Source: Bacteroidota bacterium
Lineage (GTDB): Bacteria > Bacteroidota > Ignavibacteria > UBA10030 > UBA8401
Length of the DNA stretch: 64,000 nt
NCBI GenBank assembly: GCA_041665525.1
Contig: JBAYIS010000002.1
Span: 80,040 to 144,039, forward strand
Reading direction: 5' to 3'
Shown here: positions 29,655-38,743 of the stretch, piece after piece
Numbering within the stretch: the stretch's first letter is position 1
Layout: every line of letters starts with the position of its first letter
Made by a program: the position numbers and the translations under genes
The notes under the pieces: generated by a model
Database searches by the model: none
Told to the model about the DNA's origin: nothing
Seen by the model: only the letters and a program-made list of their open reading frames with translations

Positions 29655-31031
29655 ATGGCAAAGTCAAAAAACATCGGAAAAATACTCGTTGCGGATGATG
29701 AAAGTGATTTTCGAATGATTCTTCAGTCGTTTCTCGAAACTGAAGGACATATCGTAACAACTGCAGAGGATGGGGCTGATGCGATTAATAAATTGCAGGA
29801 AAATACATTCGACCTGGTATTGCTCGACATCCGTATGCCCAGGGTAGACGGTGTGGAGGTTCTTCAATTCATCAAGCAACAATACATCGATACACAGGTA
29901 ATCATACTCACCGCGGTGGACGATGTCCGCATTGCTGTGGACTGCATGAAGCTGGGCGCCTTTCATTTCTTGACCAAGCCGTATTCCGTTGATGAATTGC
30001 ATTCGCTGGTGAACCGTGCATTGGATCTACGTGCAATGGCGATAGAGTTAAAAGTGATGAAGACGGCCATTTCGCGTTTGTCGTTTTCAACACAATTAAT
30101 CGGAGAGAGCAAAGAATTTCAAAAAGTACTTGAACTTGCGGGGAAAGTTGCGCCGAGCGATTCTACCGTTCTTCTGGAGGGCGCCAGCGGTACGGGAAAA
30201 GAGGTCTTTGCAAATTTTCTTTATAAAAATTCTCCGCGCGCTGAAAAACCTTTCGTCGCGCTCAATTGCGCTTCCATCCCGGACACATTAATTGAAAGTG
30301 AACTGTTCGGGCATGAAAAAGGGGCTTTTACCGATGCGAGTTCCATGCGGCAGGGATTGGTAGAAATCGCCAACGGCGGCACGCTCTTCCTGGATGAGAT
30401 CGGCGAGATCAGTCCGGTATTTCAGCCAAAACTGCTCCGTTTTATACAATCCGGCGAATACCGTCGTGTCGGTGGAAATAAAAATTTAAAGTCCGATGTC
30501 CGTCTGATTTCCGCAACGAATAAAAACCTTTTTAATGAGGTTGCGGCGGGCCATTTCCGTGAGGATTTGCTCTACCGTCTGAATGTGATCACCATCCAGC
30601 TCCCCTCGCTTATCGAACGGAAAGATGATATCCCCCTTCTGGCTCAGAACATCCTGGAACGGAAGAATAAACTGCGCGAGAAAAAAGAGCTCCATCCGGA
30701 TGCACTTGTGTCGCTGAAAGAATATCATTGGCCGGGAAATATTCGTGAACTGGAAAATGTACTGGAAAGAGCGATCATCTTAAGTACAGATGAATTCATC
30801 CGACCCAAGGACCTGCTGCTTCCGCAGCATATGAATGTGAGACAGGCCAACTCCGAAAACGGCGCTCAAAAGATTGGATCGGCAATGTCACTGGAAGAGC
30901 TGGAAAAAGAACATATTGCTTCGGTCCTTGTAAATACCAAATGGAATAAAAACCTTGCAACAAAGATCCTCGGGATCTCTTTAAAAACACTCTATACAAA
31001 GATCCATCAATACAACCTGAAAGAATCGTAA
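29655..31031 (+). CDS. sigma54-dependent response regulator (NtrC family: receiver, AAA+ sigma54-activator, Fis-type HTH)
   Basis: REC (KILVADDE..LLDIRMP). Walker A GASGTGKE. GAFTGA-like motif ESELFGHEKGAFTDA. Arg finger region. C-terminal HTH. Confidence 0.9.
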   Translation: MAKSKNIGKILVADDESDFRMILQSFLETEGHIVTTAEDGADAINKLQENTFDLVLLDIRMPRVDGVEVLQFIKQQYIDTQVIILTAVDDVRIAVDCMKLGAFHFLTKPYSVDELHSLVNRALDLRAMAIELKVMKTAISRLSFSTQLIGESKEFQKVLELAGKVAPSDSTVLLEGASGTGKEVFANFLYKNSPRAEKPFVALNCASIPDTLIESELFGHEKGAFTDASSMRQGLVEIANGGTLFLDEIGEISPVFQPKLLRFIQSGEYRRVGGNKNLKSDVRLISATNKNLFNEVAAGHFREDLLYRLNVITIQLPSLIERKDDIPLLAQNILERKNKLREKKELHPDALVSLKEYHWPGNIRELENVLERAIILSTDEFIRPKDLLLPQHMNVRQANSENGAQKIGSAMSLEELEKEHIASVLVNTKWNKNLATKILGISLKTLYTKIHQYNLKES

Positions 31032-31519
31032 TGCGGTAATTCTGTATTCACGCGCAAAAACTCTTTCCGCTCTTCAATCCTCGAACAACGTCGAAATCAT
31101 ATCCTGCAGTACTGTTTTGCTCACCGCACTTTCATTTGATCACTTTCATGCCAATTATTCCATATAGTAAATCGCAAGAAACATAATCCCGCTCCAACTC
31201 TCCTTCTGTCCATTTGTCCTTCGTTCAAAAATTCAACCATACAGTAATCAAATAATTAGATAAGAATGTCTTTAAAAAGGATTTTCCAAATTTCTTATCT
31301 GGTTGCAATTCATCGTTTTTAACGTTGTTTTCAGCAATTCTGCGTTTTTCTCTCGTTGCCCGCTCCTTCCAGACCATTTTTGATAAATCCCCAAGAAACC
31401 GGCAATCTGAACAGATTCACGGATTGTAGTTTCTACAATGAATCGGCAAACTCGTAAAAAAAATCCCTCCGCAAAAGCAAAACAGTAAAAAAAGCCAATA
31501 AAATGGCTTGGTTTTTCAC

Positions 31520-31535
31520 TGGCACTGGCATTGCC
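31520..31535 (+). promoter_or_regulatory. sigma54 (RpoN) -24/-12 promoter, near-consensus TGGCAC-N5-TTGC
   Basis: TGGCACtggcaTTGCc at 31520-31535. This lies 28 nt upstream of the ATG at 31563, with a GGAG RBS in between. It is immediately downstream of the sigma54-dependent regulator gene. Confidence 0.6.
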
Positions 31536-31562
31536 AAAATGTATGGCATGGAGCCAAGCACA

Positions 31563-32099
31563 ATGAAAAACTTCTTCCTATATTTCGCACAAGTAACCTT
31601 CGCATTGACCTCGATCGTTTACTCCCAGGAATTTGACTTGATGAACGTTCAATCGTCAGACAAAGCCGCAGTGAGCTCCCACTTCACCGTTACCGAAAGC
31701 GGAATAGAACAATATCGCGCTACCGCAACAGCAACGCCGTTCGCCATTGTCACCGGCGAAACGCTGTTTGTGGCAAAAGAACAGACAACAACATCTGTTT
31801 CGGACGGAGGATCCATGCTGACATCATCAACGCTTCAACAGAATTATCCGAATCCTTTCAATAATTCCACCGTCATCCGCTATTCTGTAGACGAGATGAG
31901 CGATGTAACGATAAAAGTATTCGACATTACCGGCCGCGAAGTAACAACGCTGGTAAATGAAACTAAGAACTCCGGAACCTTCAGCATCGGTTTCTCAAAC
32001 GACAATATCTCCTCCGGCACATATATCTACCGCATGATCTCCCGCAGCAACACCGGTAAGACCACCGTAGAGACAAAAAAAATGATCGTCATGAAATAA
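31563..32099 (+). CDS. mini T9SS cargo: signal peptide, ~70-aa segment, T9SS C-terminal sorting domain
   Basis: Signal peptide MKNFFLYFAQVTFALTSIVYSQE. The C-terminal ~85 aa are a T9SS CTD (QQNYPNPFNNSTVIRY...GTYIYRM...KKMIVMK). The track ORF start at 31503 overlaps the sigma54 promoter, so the start was moved to 31563. Confidence 0.7.
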   Translation: MKNFFLYFAQVTFALTSIVYSQEFDLMNVQSSDKAAVSSHFTVTESGIEQYRATATATPFAIVTGETLFVAKEQTTTSVSDGGSMLTSSTLQQNYPNPFNNSTVIRYSVDEMSDVTIKVFDITGREVTTLVNETKNSGTFSIGFSNDNISSGTYIYRMISRSNTGKTTVETKKMIVMK

Positions 32100-32100
32100 T

Positions 32101-34461
32101 ATGAATAAACTCCTCTCATTTATTATTGCGCTTTGTTCCCTTGCAGCCGCACAGCAGTTGGTGGTGAAAACCAATGGCGTGGCCAAAAACTTTCCTGTAA
32201 AAACCACGGAGATTTCCGTCTCTTCCATTGAGAATGCCATCATCCCCGCTGAAGCACCGAGTGCCGCGGTTCGCCTGATCGTCGAATTGAAAACTCCTTC
32301 GAAAATTGAAAAACAATTAAGCGGCGGAATATTTTCCAGAACAACCGCTGTCGCCGCGAAACAACAATTATCCGCTGTTGGAAGCGGCACTCGTATCGAA
32401 CGGGAATTCGAAATTGTGATGAACGGCTTTGCGGTCACAACGCAGCGCGAAAATATCCGATCTATCGCATCCCTGCCGGATGTAAAAACAGTTTTTATGG
32501 ATGTCACCGTAAGCGCATCTCCCGTCTCAACATCAACATCTGGAATGCCGGTAGTGCCGCAACGTACTGCATCTGTCGCAACAGGAAAAGGCATCCGCAT
32601 CGGCATTATCGACACAGGAATTGATTATATGCATGAATCGCTTGGCGGAGGTTTTGGCGCGGGATTTACTGTCGCAGGCGGATTTGATTTTGTGAATAAT
32701 GATGCCGATCCGATGGACGACAACGGACATGGAACCCATGTTGCCGGTATCATCAGCGGCAATTCGGCCGTCATCACCGGTGCGGCGAAAGATGCGCAAT
32801 TGTTTGCATACAAAGTGCTTGATCAGAACGGAAGCGGTTCTGCGTCTTCCGTTATTTCAGCTATCGAGCGCGCCATCAGCGACAGCGTGCAAATATTAAA
32901 CTTGAGTCTTGGTTCGCCCGGCGGTTCTGCAGATGATCCTTTATCCTCCGCGGTGAACCGTGCTGTGCGCGCCGGTATTGTTGTGGTCGTGGCAGCAGGA
33001 AATACCGGTGAGTACGTTACCATCAACTCTCCCGGCGTTGCAGAACTCGCTTTGACCGTCGGCGCTGCAGACGGCAACACTATTGCTTCTTTCAGTTCTA
33101 AAGGACCGGAAACCGATCGCTATAATATCAAACCGGATGTTGTTGCCGCGGGCGTGAATATTCTCTCTGCGAAAATCGGCGGCGGATATGTACAAATGAG
33201 CGGAACCTCCATGGCAACACCGTTCGTCACCGGCATCGCCGCGGCAATGTTGGAACTGCATCCTCACTGGAATGCTCTGCAAATTCGCGACGCGATTATC
33301 TCGAATACCGTCGATCTTGGCACTCCGCTTTTCTCTCAGGGACATGGGAAAGTGAACAGTGCCGAGCTTTCCGCAACTGTTTTTACCAGCCCTGCTCAAC
33401 TCAGTTTTGGATTCAATCCACCGGGTGAAACAACTTGGAGAGAACAGCGTCCGGTTACTGTTTATAATGAAAGCGCCGTGAACAAAACATATCGATTCAT
33501 CTCAACAACAACAAATGCTGCGCTTAACTTTCAGTTTACCCCCGCATCGGTAACAATTGCTCCTAATAGTTCTGCAGAGATCATCATCCAGCTGGAAACG
33601 AACAATACACTTTTGACCAATAATAATTCTTTTGAAAGCGGGTATTCGGGGAAACTTCTTGCCGTCGGAACGTCGGACTCTCTTGTGATTCCTTTTGCGT
33701 TTATCAAAGCTCCAATCCTGCAGCTGAAATTCTCCGAAGTCCCCTGGCTGGTGATGATACATAACGGAAGCAACTTTTCAAAAACATATTCTCCAAAGAT
33801 CAATACGCTCTCGATAATCCTGAAAGACGGCACGTATGATGTTGTATCAACTTTCTTCGGTTCCCGGTATGTGATTAACGAAGGGGTAAAGGTCGGTGGA
33901 AAAGCGAATGTGGAAATCTCCAGTCTCAGTGCAGAATATCCGGTCAGTTTTTTACCGGTGGATGAACGCGGGGAGAATATCGATCTTGGTGCGGTAAAAG
34001 GAACCTACAGTTATCTGGAAACAATCGTGCATAATCCGACGGGATATGCCGTCGTCGGCATGGGGGGCGGAAAAACCACCGCGCATACCAATCGTCCGAA
34101 ATACTTCTCAACGGTAAGCAACAACTATACATTTGGATATTCGATATCGTTGCAGCCAAACAATTTTAAATCATATACCTATGATGTCATCATCGATTCA
34201 GGTATTACTGCTCCTACACCGATTAATTTCACTGCAGGCGACATGAAACATGTGCAGGTGAAATATACACTGGCATCGTCGGTGCAGCGTGCATTTCCAA
34301 TTACCTGGACAACCTTTATTGGAAAGTATTCGAGTTTGGGTGTGACGTTTTATGATGGGAATGCTGAACCAATGACGTTCCCTTTTACACAAGAGACTTT
34401 CTATACTCAGCGGAAAGTGCAATTCCCCATCTTCCATCAACGCGAAGCATATAGTTTCTAA
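32101..34461 (+). CDS. subtilisin-like serine protease (peptidase S8) with N-terminal propeptide and ~400-aa C-terminal extension
   Basis: Signal peptide. Catalytic triad motifs DTGIDYMH (Asp), HGTHVAGII (His), GTSMATPFVTGIAAAM (Ser). The start is separated by 1 nt from the upstream stop (operonic). The C-terminus ends ...EAYSF. Confidence 0.9.
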   Translation: MNKLLSFIIALCSLAAAQQLVVKTNGVAKNFPVKTTEISVSSIENAIIPAEAPSAAVRLIVELKTPSKIEKQLSGGIFSRTTAVAAKQQLSAVGSGTRIEREFEIVMNGFAVTTQRENIRSIASLPDVKTVFMDVTVSASPVSTSTSGMPVVPQRTASVATGKGIRIGIIDTGIDYMHESLGGGFGAGFTVAGGFDFVNNDADPMDDNGHGTHVAGIISGNSAVITGAAKDAQLFAYKVLDQNGSGSASSVISAIERAISDSVQILNLSLGSPGGSADDPLSSAVNRAVRAGIVVVVAAGNTGEYVTINSPGVAELALTVGAADGNTIASFSSKGPETDRYNIKPDVVAAGVNILSAKIGGGYVQMSGTSMATPFVTGIAAAMLELHPHWNALQIRDAIISNTVDLGTPLFSQGHGKVNSAELSATVFTSPAQLSFGFNPPGETTWREQRPVTVYNESAVNKTYRFISTTTNAALNFQFTPASVTIAPNSSAEIIIQLETNNTLLTNNNSFESGYSGKLLAVGTSDSLVIPFAFIKAPILQLKFSEVPWLVMIHNGSNFSKTYSPKINTLSIILKDGTYDVVSTFFGSRYVINEGVKVGGKANVEISSLSAEYPVSFLPVDERGENIDLGAVKGTYSYLETIVHNPTGYAVVGMGGGKTTAHTNRPKYFSTVSNNYTFGYSISLQPNNFKSYTYDVIIDSGITAPTPINFTAGDMKHVQVKYTLASSVQRAFPITWTTFIGKYSSLGVTFYDGNAEPMTFPFTQETFYTQRKVQFPIFHQREAYSF

Positions 34462-34533
34462 ATACACACTATGCAGCAGAATACTTGCTTGTAAAAACAC
34501 CTTATGAAGGTATTCTACAAGTAATAAAAAACC

Positions 34534-34554
34534 ATTTCTCGCAGTGCGAGAAAT
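34534..34554 (+). terminator. rho-independent terminator after S8 protease gene
   Basis: Perfect hairpin ATTTCTCGCAGTGCGAGAAAT followed by a T-rich tract. Confidence 0.6.
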
Positions 34555-34832
34555 TTAAGCATTTTCTTTTACAAGATAGTGTTGTCCGGTTCAAAAACTA
34601 AAAACTGTTTTTTCTAGTTGCCCCCCCGTAATACATTACATTTGTATATGAAATAGGTATATTTCAGTCCGACGTGATGTATCGCTTTCACCATTGAAAG
34701 ATGAACTCCGTTAAAAACACATTTCCCTCTTTCCCTAACTATTCCATCCTTAGTATTTTTTTTCATGTGTATGTAAAACACTTCATGGAAAAGTGTGTTG
34801 TGCTGCGAACGATTCCGTTCAAGGAGGTCGTT

Positions 34833-36134
34833 ATGAAACAAATTATTCTTCTTCTCATGATGCTTATCCCGGTAGCAGATCTATCATCACAATGGGTATC
34901 ACAAAAAACCAATCTGTCGCCATTCACTTCAGGTTTCGCAATGGATGCACTGAATGACTCACATATTGTCGCTGGCATCGAAACGGGAATGATACGTTCC
35001 ACAGATGGAGGAACAACGTGGAATACTATCTTCCCCAAATCAACCTATGGCAATGTCGTTACACTTTCAATAACCGACAGTGTCCATATTTGGGCAGGAA
35101 CGATGAACGGAGATATTTATTCCTCAACCAACGGTGGTGTAGACTGGGTGCAGCAATTTCATGATCCGTCAAAAACAACATACCTCAATTACTTGAAAAT
35201 GTTTAATCTCACAGAAGGAGTTGCCATAGGTGATGCGTTAAGCGGCACTCTTCCAGCGGTTATACTTAAAACAAACGATGGAGGTGCGCATTGGATCTCC
35301 ATCAACGATTCCTCTTTCGGAGGCTTTTCCAGTGATACATGGAGAATGATTGATTTCATTTCACCTGCAGTCGGATTCTTTAAATCAACCTATGGCGATG
35401 GTATTACTCCTTCGTATATTTGGAAAACTACCGACAGCGGTTACACTTGGACACAGTTGGACTTTTCCAAATCAATTCAAGTATTACGATTCTATAATGA
35501 CAAGATCGGCATCGTCAGTTGTTATAATTATCCCTCTCCCGGATATTCTTTTCATCGGACTGTTGACGGCGGCACCACATGGGAAGTTGTGACACCTCTT
35601 TCTCCCGGCGCATATCAAAATGATTTCTTTTTCTGTCAAGAAGATCCGTCGCTAGTGTGGATGACCGATAATCAGAAACTCTTTTTCAGTGCGGATACCG
35701 GAAGGACCTGGAAAGAACAATGCGCTGTTAAAGGAAGAGATATTGATTTTGGCTCTCGTCTTGTTGGATGGGTGCTGGGTGATGGTGATATTCTCAGAAC
35801 AACAGAAGGGGGAATTACTTCGATATCGATGAACAACAATTCAGGAAGACCAGCTACATTTTCATTGCTCCAAAATTTCCCAAATCCTTTCAATCCTTCA
35901 ACGATTATCGAATATGAATTACCGGAAGCAGGCAATGTTCGTATAACGATTTTCAATCCTTTGGGACAACTAATTATGGAGTTGTTTCACGGAGAGCAAT
36001 CTGCAGGACGACATTCGATACCATGGAAAGCCTTTGTTACGTCCGGAGTCTATTTCTATAGCATGGAAGCAGTCAGCACCTCGAATCCGCAAAACAGTTT
36101 TGTGCAGGTAAAAAAAATGGTACTGTTACGGTAA
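34833..36134 (+). CDS. BNR/Asp-box repeat (sialidase-like / Ycf48-like beta-propeller) protein with T9SS C-terminal sorting domain
   Basis: AAGGAGG RBS 5 nt upstream of ATG at 34833. Signal peptide. Repeated S/T-x-D-G-G-x-T-W Asp-boxes. CTD LQNFPNPFNPSTIIEY...GVYFYSM...VKKMVLLR. Confidence 0.8.
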   Translation: MKQIILLLMMLIPVADLSSQWVSQKTNLSPFTSGFAMDALNDSHIVAGIETGMIRSTDGGTTWNTIFPKSTYGNVVTLSITDSVHIWAGTMNGDIYSSTNGGVDWVQQFHDPSKTTYLNYLKMFNLTEGVAIGDALSGTLPAVILKTNDGGAHWISINDSSFGGFSSDTWRMIDFISPAVGFFKSTYGDGITPSYIWKTTDSGYTWTQLDFSKSIQVLRFYNDKIGIVSCYNYPSPGYSFHRTVDGGTTWEVVTPLSPGAYQNDFFFCQEDPSLVWMTDNQKLFFSADTGRTWKEQCAVKGRDIDFGSRLVGWVLGDGDILRTTEGGITSISMNNNSGRPATFSLLQNFPNPFNPSTIIEYELPEAGNVRITIFNPLGQLIMELFHGEQSAGRHSIPWKAFVTSGVYFYSMEAVSTSNPQNSFVQVKKMVLLR

Positions 36135-36146
36135 GAATACGCATCA

Positions 36147-36178
36147 TTGTAGGACACCTTACAAAGGTGTCCTACAAT
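36147..36178. terminator. bidirectional rho-independent terminator between convergent genes
   Basis: 14-bp perfect stem TTGTAGGACACCTT / AAGGTGTCCTACAA with a 4-nt loop. Confidence 0.65.
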
Positions 36179-36213
36179 TGATACAACAGTCGACATTGGT
36201 CGGTTGTTGTTTT

Positions 36214-36804
36214 TCAGAACTTTGCAGGGATTTCACCGGGGACGAATTTCAGCGATTCGGAATTCATACAATACCGCAATCCGGTAGGACGCGGACCGTC
36301 ATCGAACACATGTCCCAGATGAGAGTCGCATCGCGCGCAATTGACTTCCACTCTTTTCATTCCGTAGCTATTATCCGCCTTCTCGGCAATATGGTCCTTA
36401 TTGACAGGTTGAAAGAAACTCGGCCATCCGGTCCCAGAATCAAACTTGGCATTGGACGCAAACAACGGCAAATCGCAGCAGGCGCAAAGATAGATCCCCT
36501 CTTTCTTATGATCGTAAAATGCACCGCAGAATGCACGTTCCGTCCCCGCTTCACGCGTTACGGCGTATGTTTCGGGAGGAAGGAGTTTTTTCCATTCTGC
36601 TTCTGTCTTCACAACTTTTGGCATCCCCGGTTTGTACACATCCTTCAAATATTCGGCAATTGGTTTCATGGTCGTATCCTTTTGTGTGGGTGGCAATTTC
36701 CGTTTCTGCATCATGCTTGCCAGCGGTTTTTGCGAGAATGCGCTGACCAGTACAATAAGCAGTATGCCTGCAAGCAGGATGATGGTTGTCGTTTGAATCT
36801 TCAT
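36214..36804 (-). CDS. msrB: peptide-methionine (R)-S-oxide reductase MsrB with N-terminal signal/TM extension
   Basis: AAGGAGAA RBS upstream of ATG at 36804. SelR/MsrB motifs (two CxxC pairs: CGAFYDH...CACC...CARC; RYCMNS catalytic Cys). N-terminal hydrophobic segment. Confidence 0.85.
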   Translation of the reverse strand: MKIQTTTIILLAGILLIVLVSAFSQKPLASMMQKRKLPPTQKDTTMKPIAEYLKDVYKPGMPKVVKTEAEWKKLLPPETYAVTREAGTERAFCGAFYDHKKEGIYLCACCDLPLFASNAKFDSGTGWPSFFQPVNKDHIAEKADNSYGMKRVEVNCARCDSHLGHVFDDGPRPTGLRYCMNSESLKFVPGEIPAKF

Positions 36805-36870
36805 AATGGTGATTCTCCTTTTCACCCCGTATAACACTCAGCCTGGACGTTTAGTTTTCACAAATTCATA

Positions 36871-36906
36871 AAAAAAGTCTCACGAAAATGTGAGACTTTT
36901 TTTTGC
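36871..36906. terminator. bidirectional rho-independent terminator
   Basis: A7-AGTCTCAC-GAAAAT-GTGAGACT-T9. Confidence 0.75.
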
Positions 36907-36928
36907 TTTGCGTTCAGGCCAGAGCAGT

Positions 36929-38110
36929 TTATGCAAAGTGTTTTTGTAACGTGTCGAGATCGACGATCTCGTTCATTTCCACTGCTGATGCGATGATCGA
37001 TCTGCCGATCCCATTCCATTGTTCGTTTGCGGAAAAGACGGAAAGATCCCCGAAATCGACGATTCTTCCCTTCCAGGTAAATCCGGAAGAATCTCGTACC
37101 TCTTCCAGATTTATCCCGATATCGGCAACAATCGGTGCTCGGCCGTCGGGAAACGTGATCGTCGCCTGCTTAATGATAATATCGTACAGCAACTTGGTGT
37201 TCATTGGTATCTGTTCGTAAACATCGATGCTTGTTTTTTCAAACGCTTTTGTTGCAATGGAGTGAGTGACTGCAAGAATTGCAACACAATTCAATTTCCG
37301 GATAAACATCTTTTCCGGATCACCTTTCCATCCGCCTGATTCTACAAGGACGGTGCTGGTCCCCCACTTTTGGATGTTGTCCCCGAAAGCACGCGGTTCG
37401 AATGAATCGTCATATTTTGCGATGTGCTTCTTCACGAATTGGCCCAGCACCAGCGCGAATTCCGACGCCAGTTTTTTAGAACGAAGCCGAACGGCGTTAT
37501 CCGATTTTTCCACATTGAACGCCGGTGAAAGAAGCGATATTACGGCCACTGTTCCCTGATCTCCCACAGAGTACCGCGGATCCTGGTCGTGCAGATTGAA
37601 ACCAATCTCCGGATTGAACCTGTCCCGTGTCGCTTTCAGAAGCTTCGCTTCCGGTGTCTGCAGTTGAAGGGCATCGCGATTCATATCTATTCCTTGGGAG
37701 GTACGGCGCTGGAACCGTTCTGCGCCGTCCGGATTAAGCATCGGAATAATGAGGAGCGTCGTTTCTCTCAGGATCGTTGAGATCTCCGATGAATTTTTAT
37801 TGATCGCGATGTAATTTAAAAGATCGAGCAGCGCCATGGTAGCGGACGGTTCGTCTCCGTGCATTTGTGACCACATAAAGACTTTTGTCGGTCCGGTACC
37901 CAGTGTCAGCAGATTGATGGATCGATTCTCAGCAGAACTTCCGATCTGCTGCATCTGCATTGTATCACCAAGAGCATTCTTTAGTGTTGCAAGAAACTTC
38001 ATCAGGTCAGCATGTTTGAACCGTCGCGTGATGATTCCAGAAAATTTAAATGTTTCGTATGTGTCAAAAAGTGTTTTGGAAAACTGCGGATTGTTTAGTG
38101 TAGTACTCAT
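36929..38110 (-). CDS. M14-family zinc carboxypeptidase-like protein (succinylglutamate desuccinylase/aspartoacylase-type fold)
   Basis: H-G-D-E zinc-ligand motif (WSQMHGDEPSAT) and a second His-containing region. No signal peptide. Family assignment is approximate. Confidence 0.5.
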   Translation of the reverse strand: MSTTLNNPQFSKTLFDTYETFKFSGIITRRFKHADLMKFLATLKNALGDTMQMQQIGSSAENRSINLLTLGTGPTKVFMWSQMHGDEPSATMALLDLLNYIAINKNSSEISTILRETTLLIIPMLNPDGAERFQRRTSQGIDMNRDALQLQTPEAKLLKATRDRFNPEIGFNLHDQDPRYSVGDQGTVAVISLLSPAFNVEKSDNAVRLRSKKLASEFALVLGQFVKKHIAKYDDSFEPRAFGDNIQKWGTSTVLVESGGWKGDPEKMFIRKLNCVAILAVTHSIATKAFEKTSIDVYEQIPMNTKLLYDIIIKQATITFPDGRAPIVADIGINLEEVRDSSGFTWKGRIVDFGDLSVFSANEQWNGIGRSIIASAVEMNEIVDLDTLQKHFA

Positions 38111-38681
38111 AAAAGATTAAAAAAATAGTGATTAAAACTGCAAACGCAGTCCGTTTCGAACAGGAACTGCGCTCTTTATAATAGAGTGTACCAAAAAATT
38201 TCCTCAATTACAGCATCCGGCTGATAAACAGGATAAAATTCATTCTGCGCCGCATCTCCCGAAGGGATGCCTTCGGCAGAACCACTTCTACCTCTTTGCG
38301 TAACATCAGTTATTAGAGCGTATCTCAAAAATACTTTTAAGCGTCATCGCGAGGAACCCCCGCATATTCATTGATAGGGTGACGAAGCGATCGGTGCGGT
38401 AGGTGCGTGATTTTTTTTTACCCCCTACACAGATTGCGTCGGCAAAAAACGCCTCGTCACGAAGTGACCCCTTTGGGGCAATGACAATTTTGGGTTTTTG
38501 AGACCTGTTATAATGTGAAATGGCTGACTCGCCGGGTCTTTAAGCAATTCACAGAGTAGAGAGAAAAACAGGTAACTATTTTTCGCTTTAAATGTGTTTT
38601 CAGCAATTTTCTGCAATAAATACAGGTGAAAGTACCTCTTGGGATTTTAGCCATATTTTCGTATTTTTATGAACATTTTGA

Positions 38682-38706
38682 ATCCCGAGACTTCGGGATT
38701 TTTTTA
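38682..38706 (+). terminator. rho-independent terminator immediately upstream of tig (possible sRNA terminator or leader)
   Basis: ATCCCGAGACTTCGGGAT followed by T7. It is oriented for the plus strand, 38 nt before the tig start. Confidence 0.6.
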
Positions 38707-38743
38707 TCATTATTGAACAACAGTACAAGTAAGGAGTTTTTCA

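Noticed and set aside
31503-31562. Track ORF start at 31503 (MAWFFTGTGIAKMYGMEPST...) for the mini-CTD protein.
   Set aside because: This N-terminal extension overlaps the TGGCAC-N5-TTGC sigma54 promoter and has no signal peptide. The start at 31563, with a GGAG RBS and a signal peptide, is far more plausible.
36147-36178. Considered whether the long perfect palindromes (36147-36178, 49248-49269, 51989-52008) were transposon ends or regulator operators.
   Set aside because: The first two sit exactly at convergent gene ends with adjacent T/A tracts and behave as intrinsic terminators. Only the GIY-YIG-flanking palindromes were kept as a finding, because they pair with a target duplication.
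38425-38616. 63-aa minus-strand ORF upstream of tig.
   Set aside because: It overlaps the putative sRNA or leader region. It has no RBS or motifs. It is more likely non-coding.
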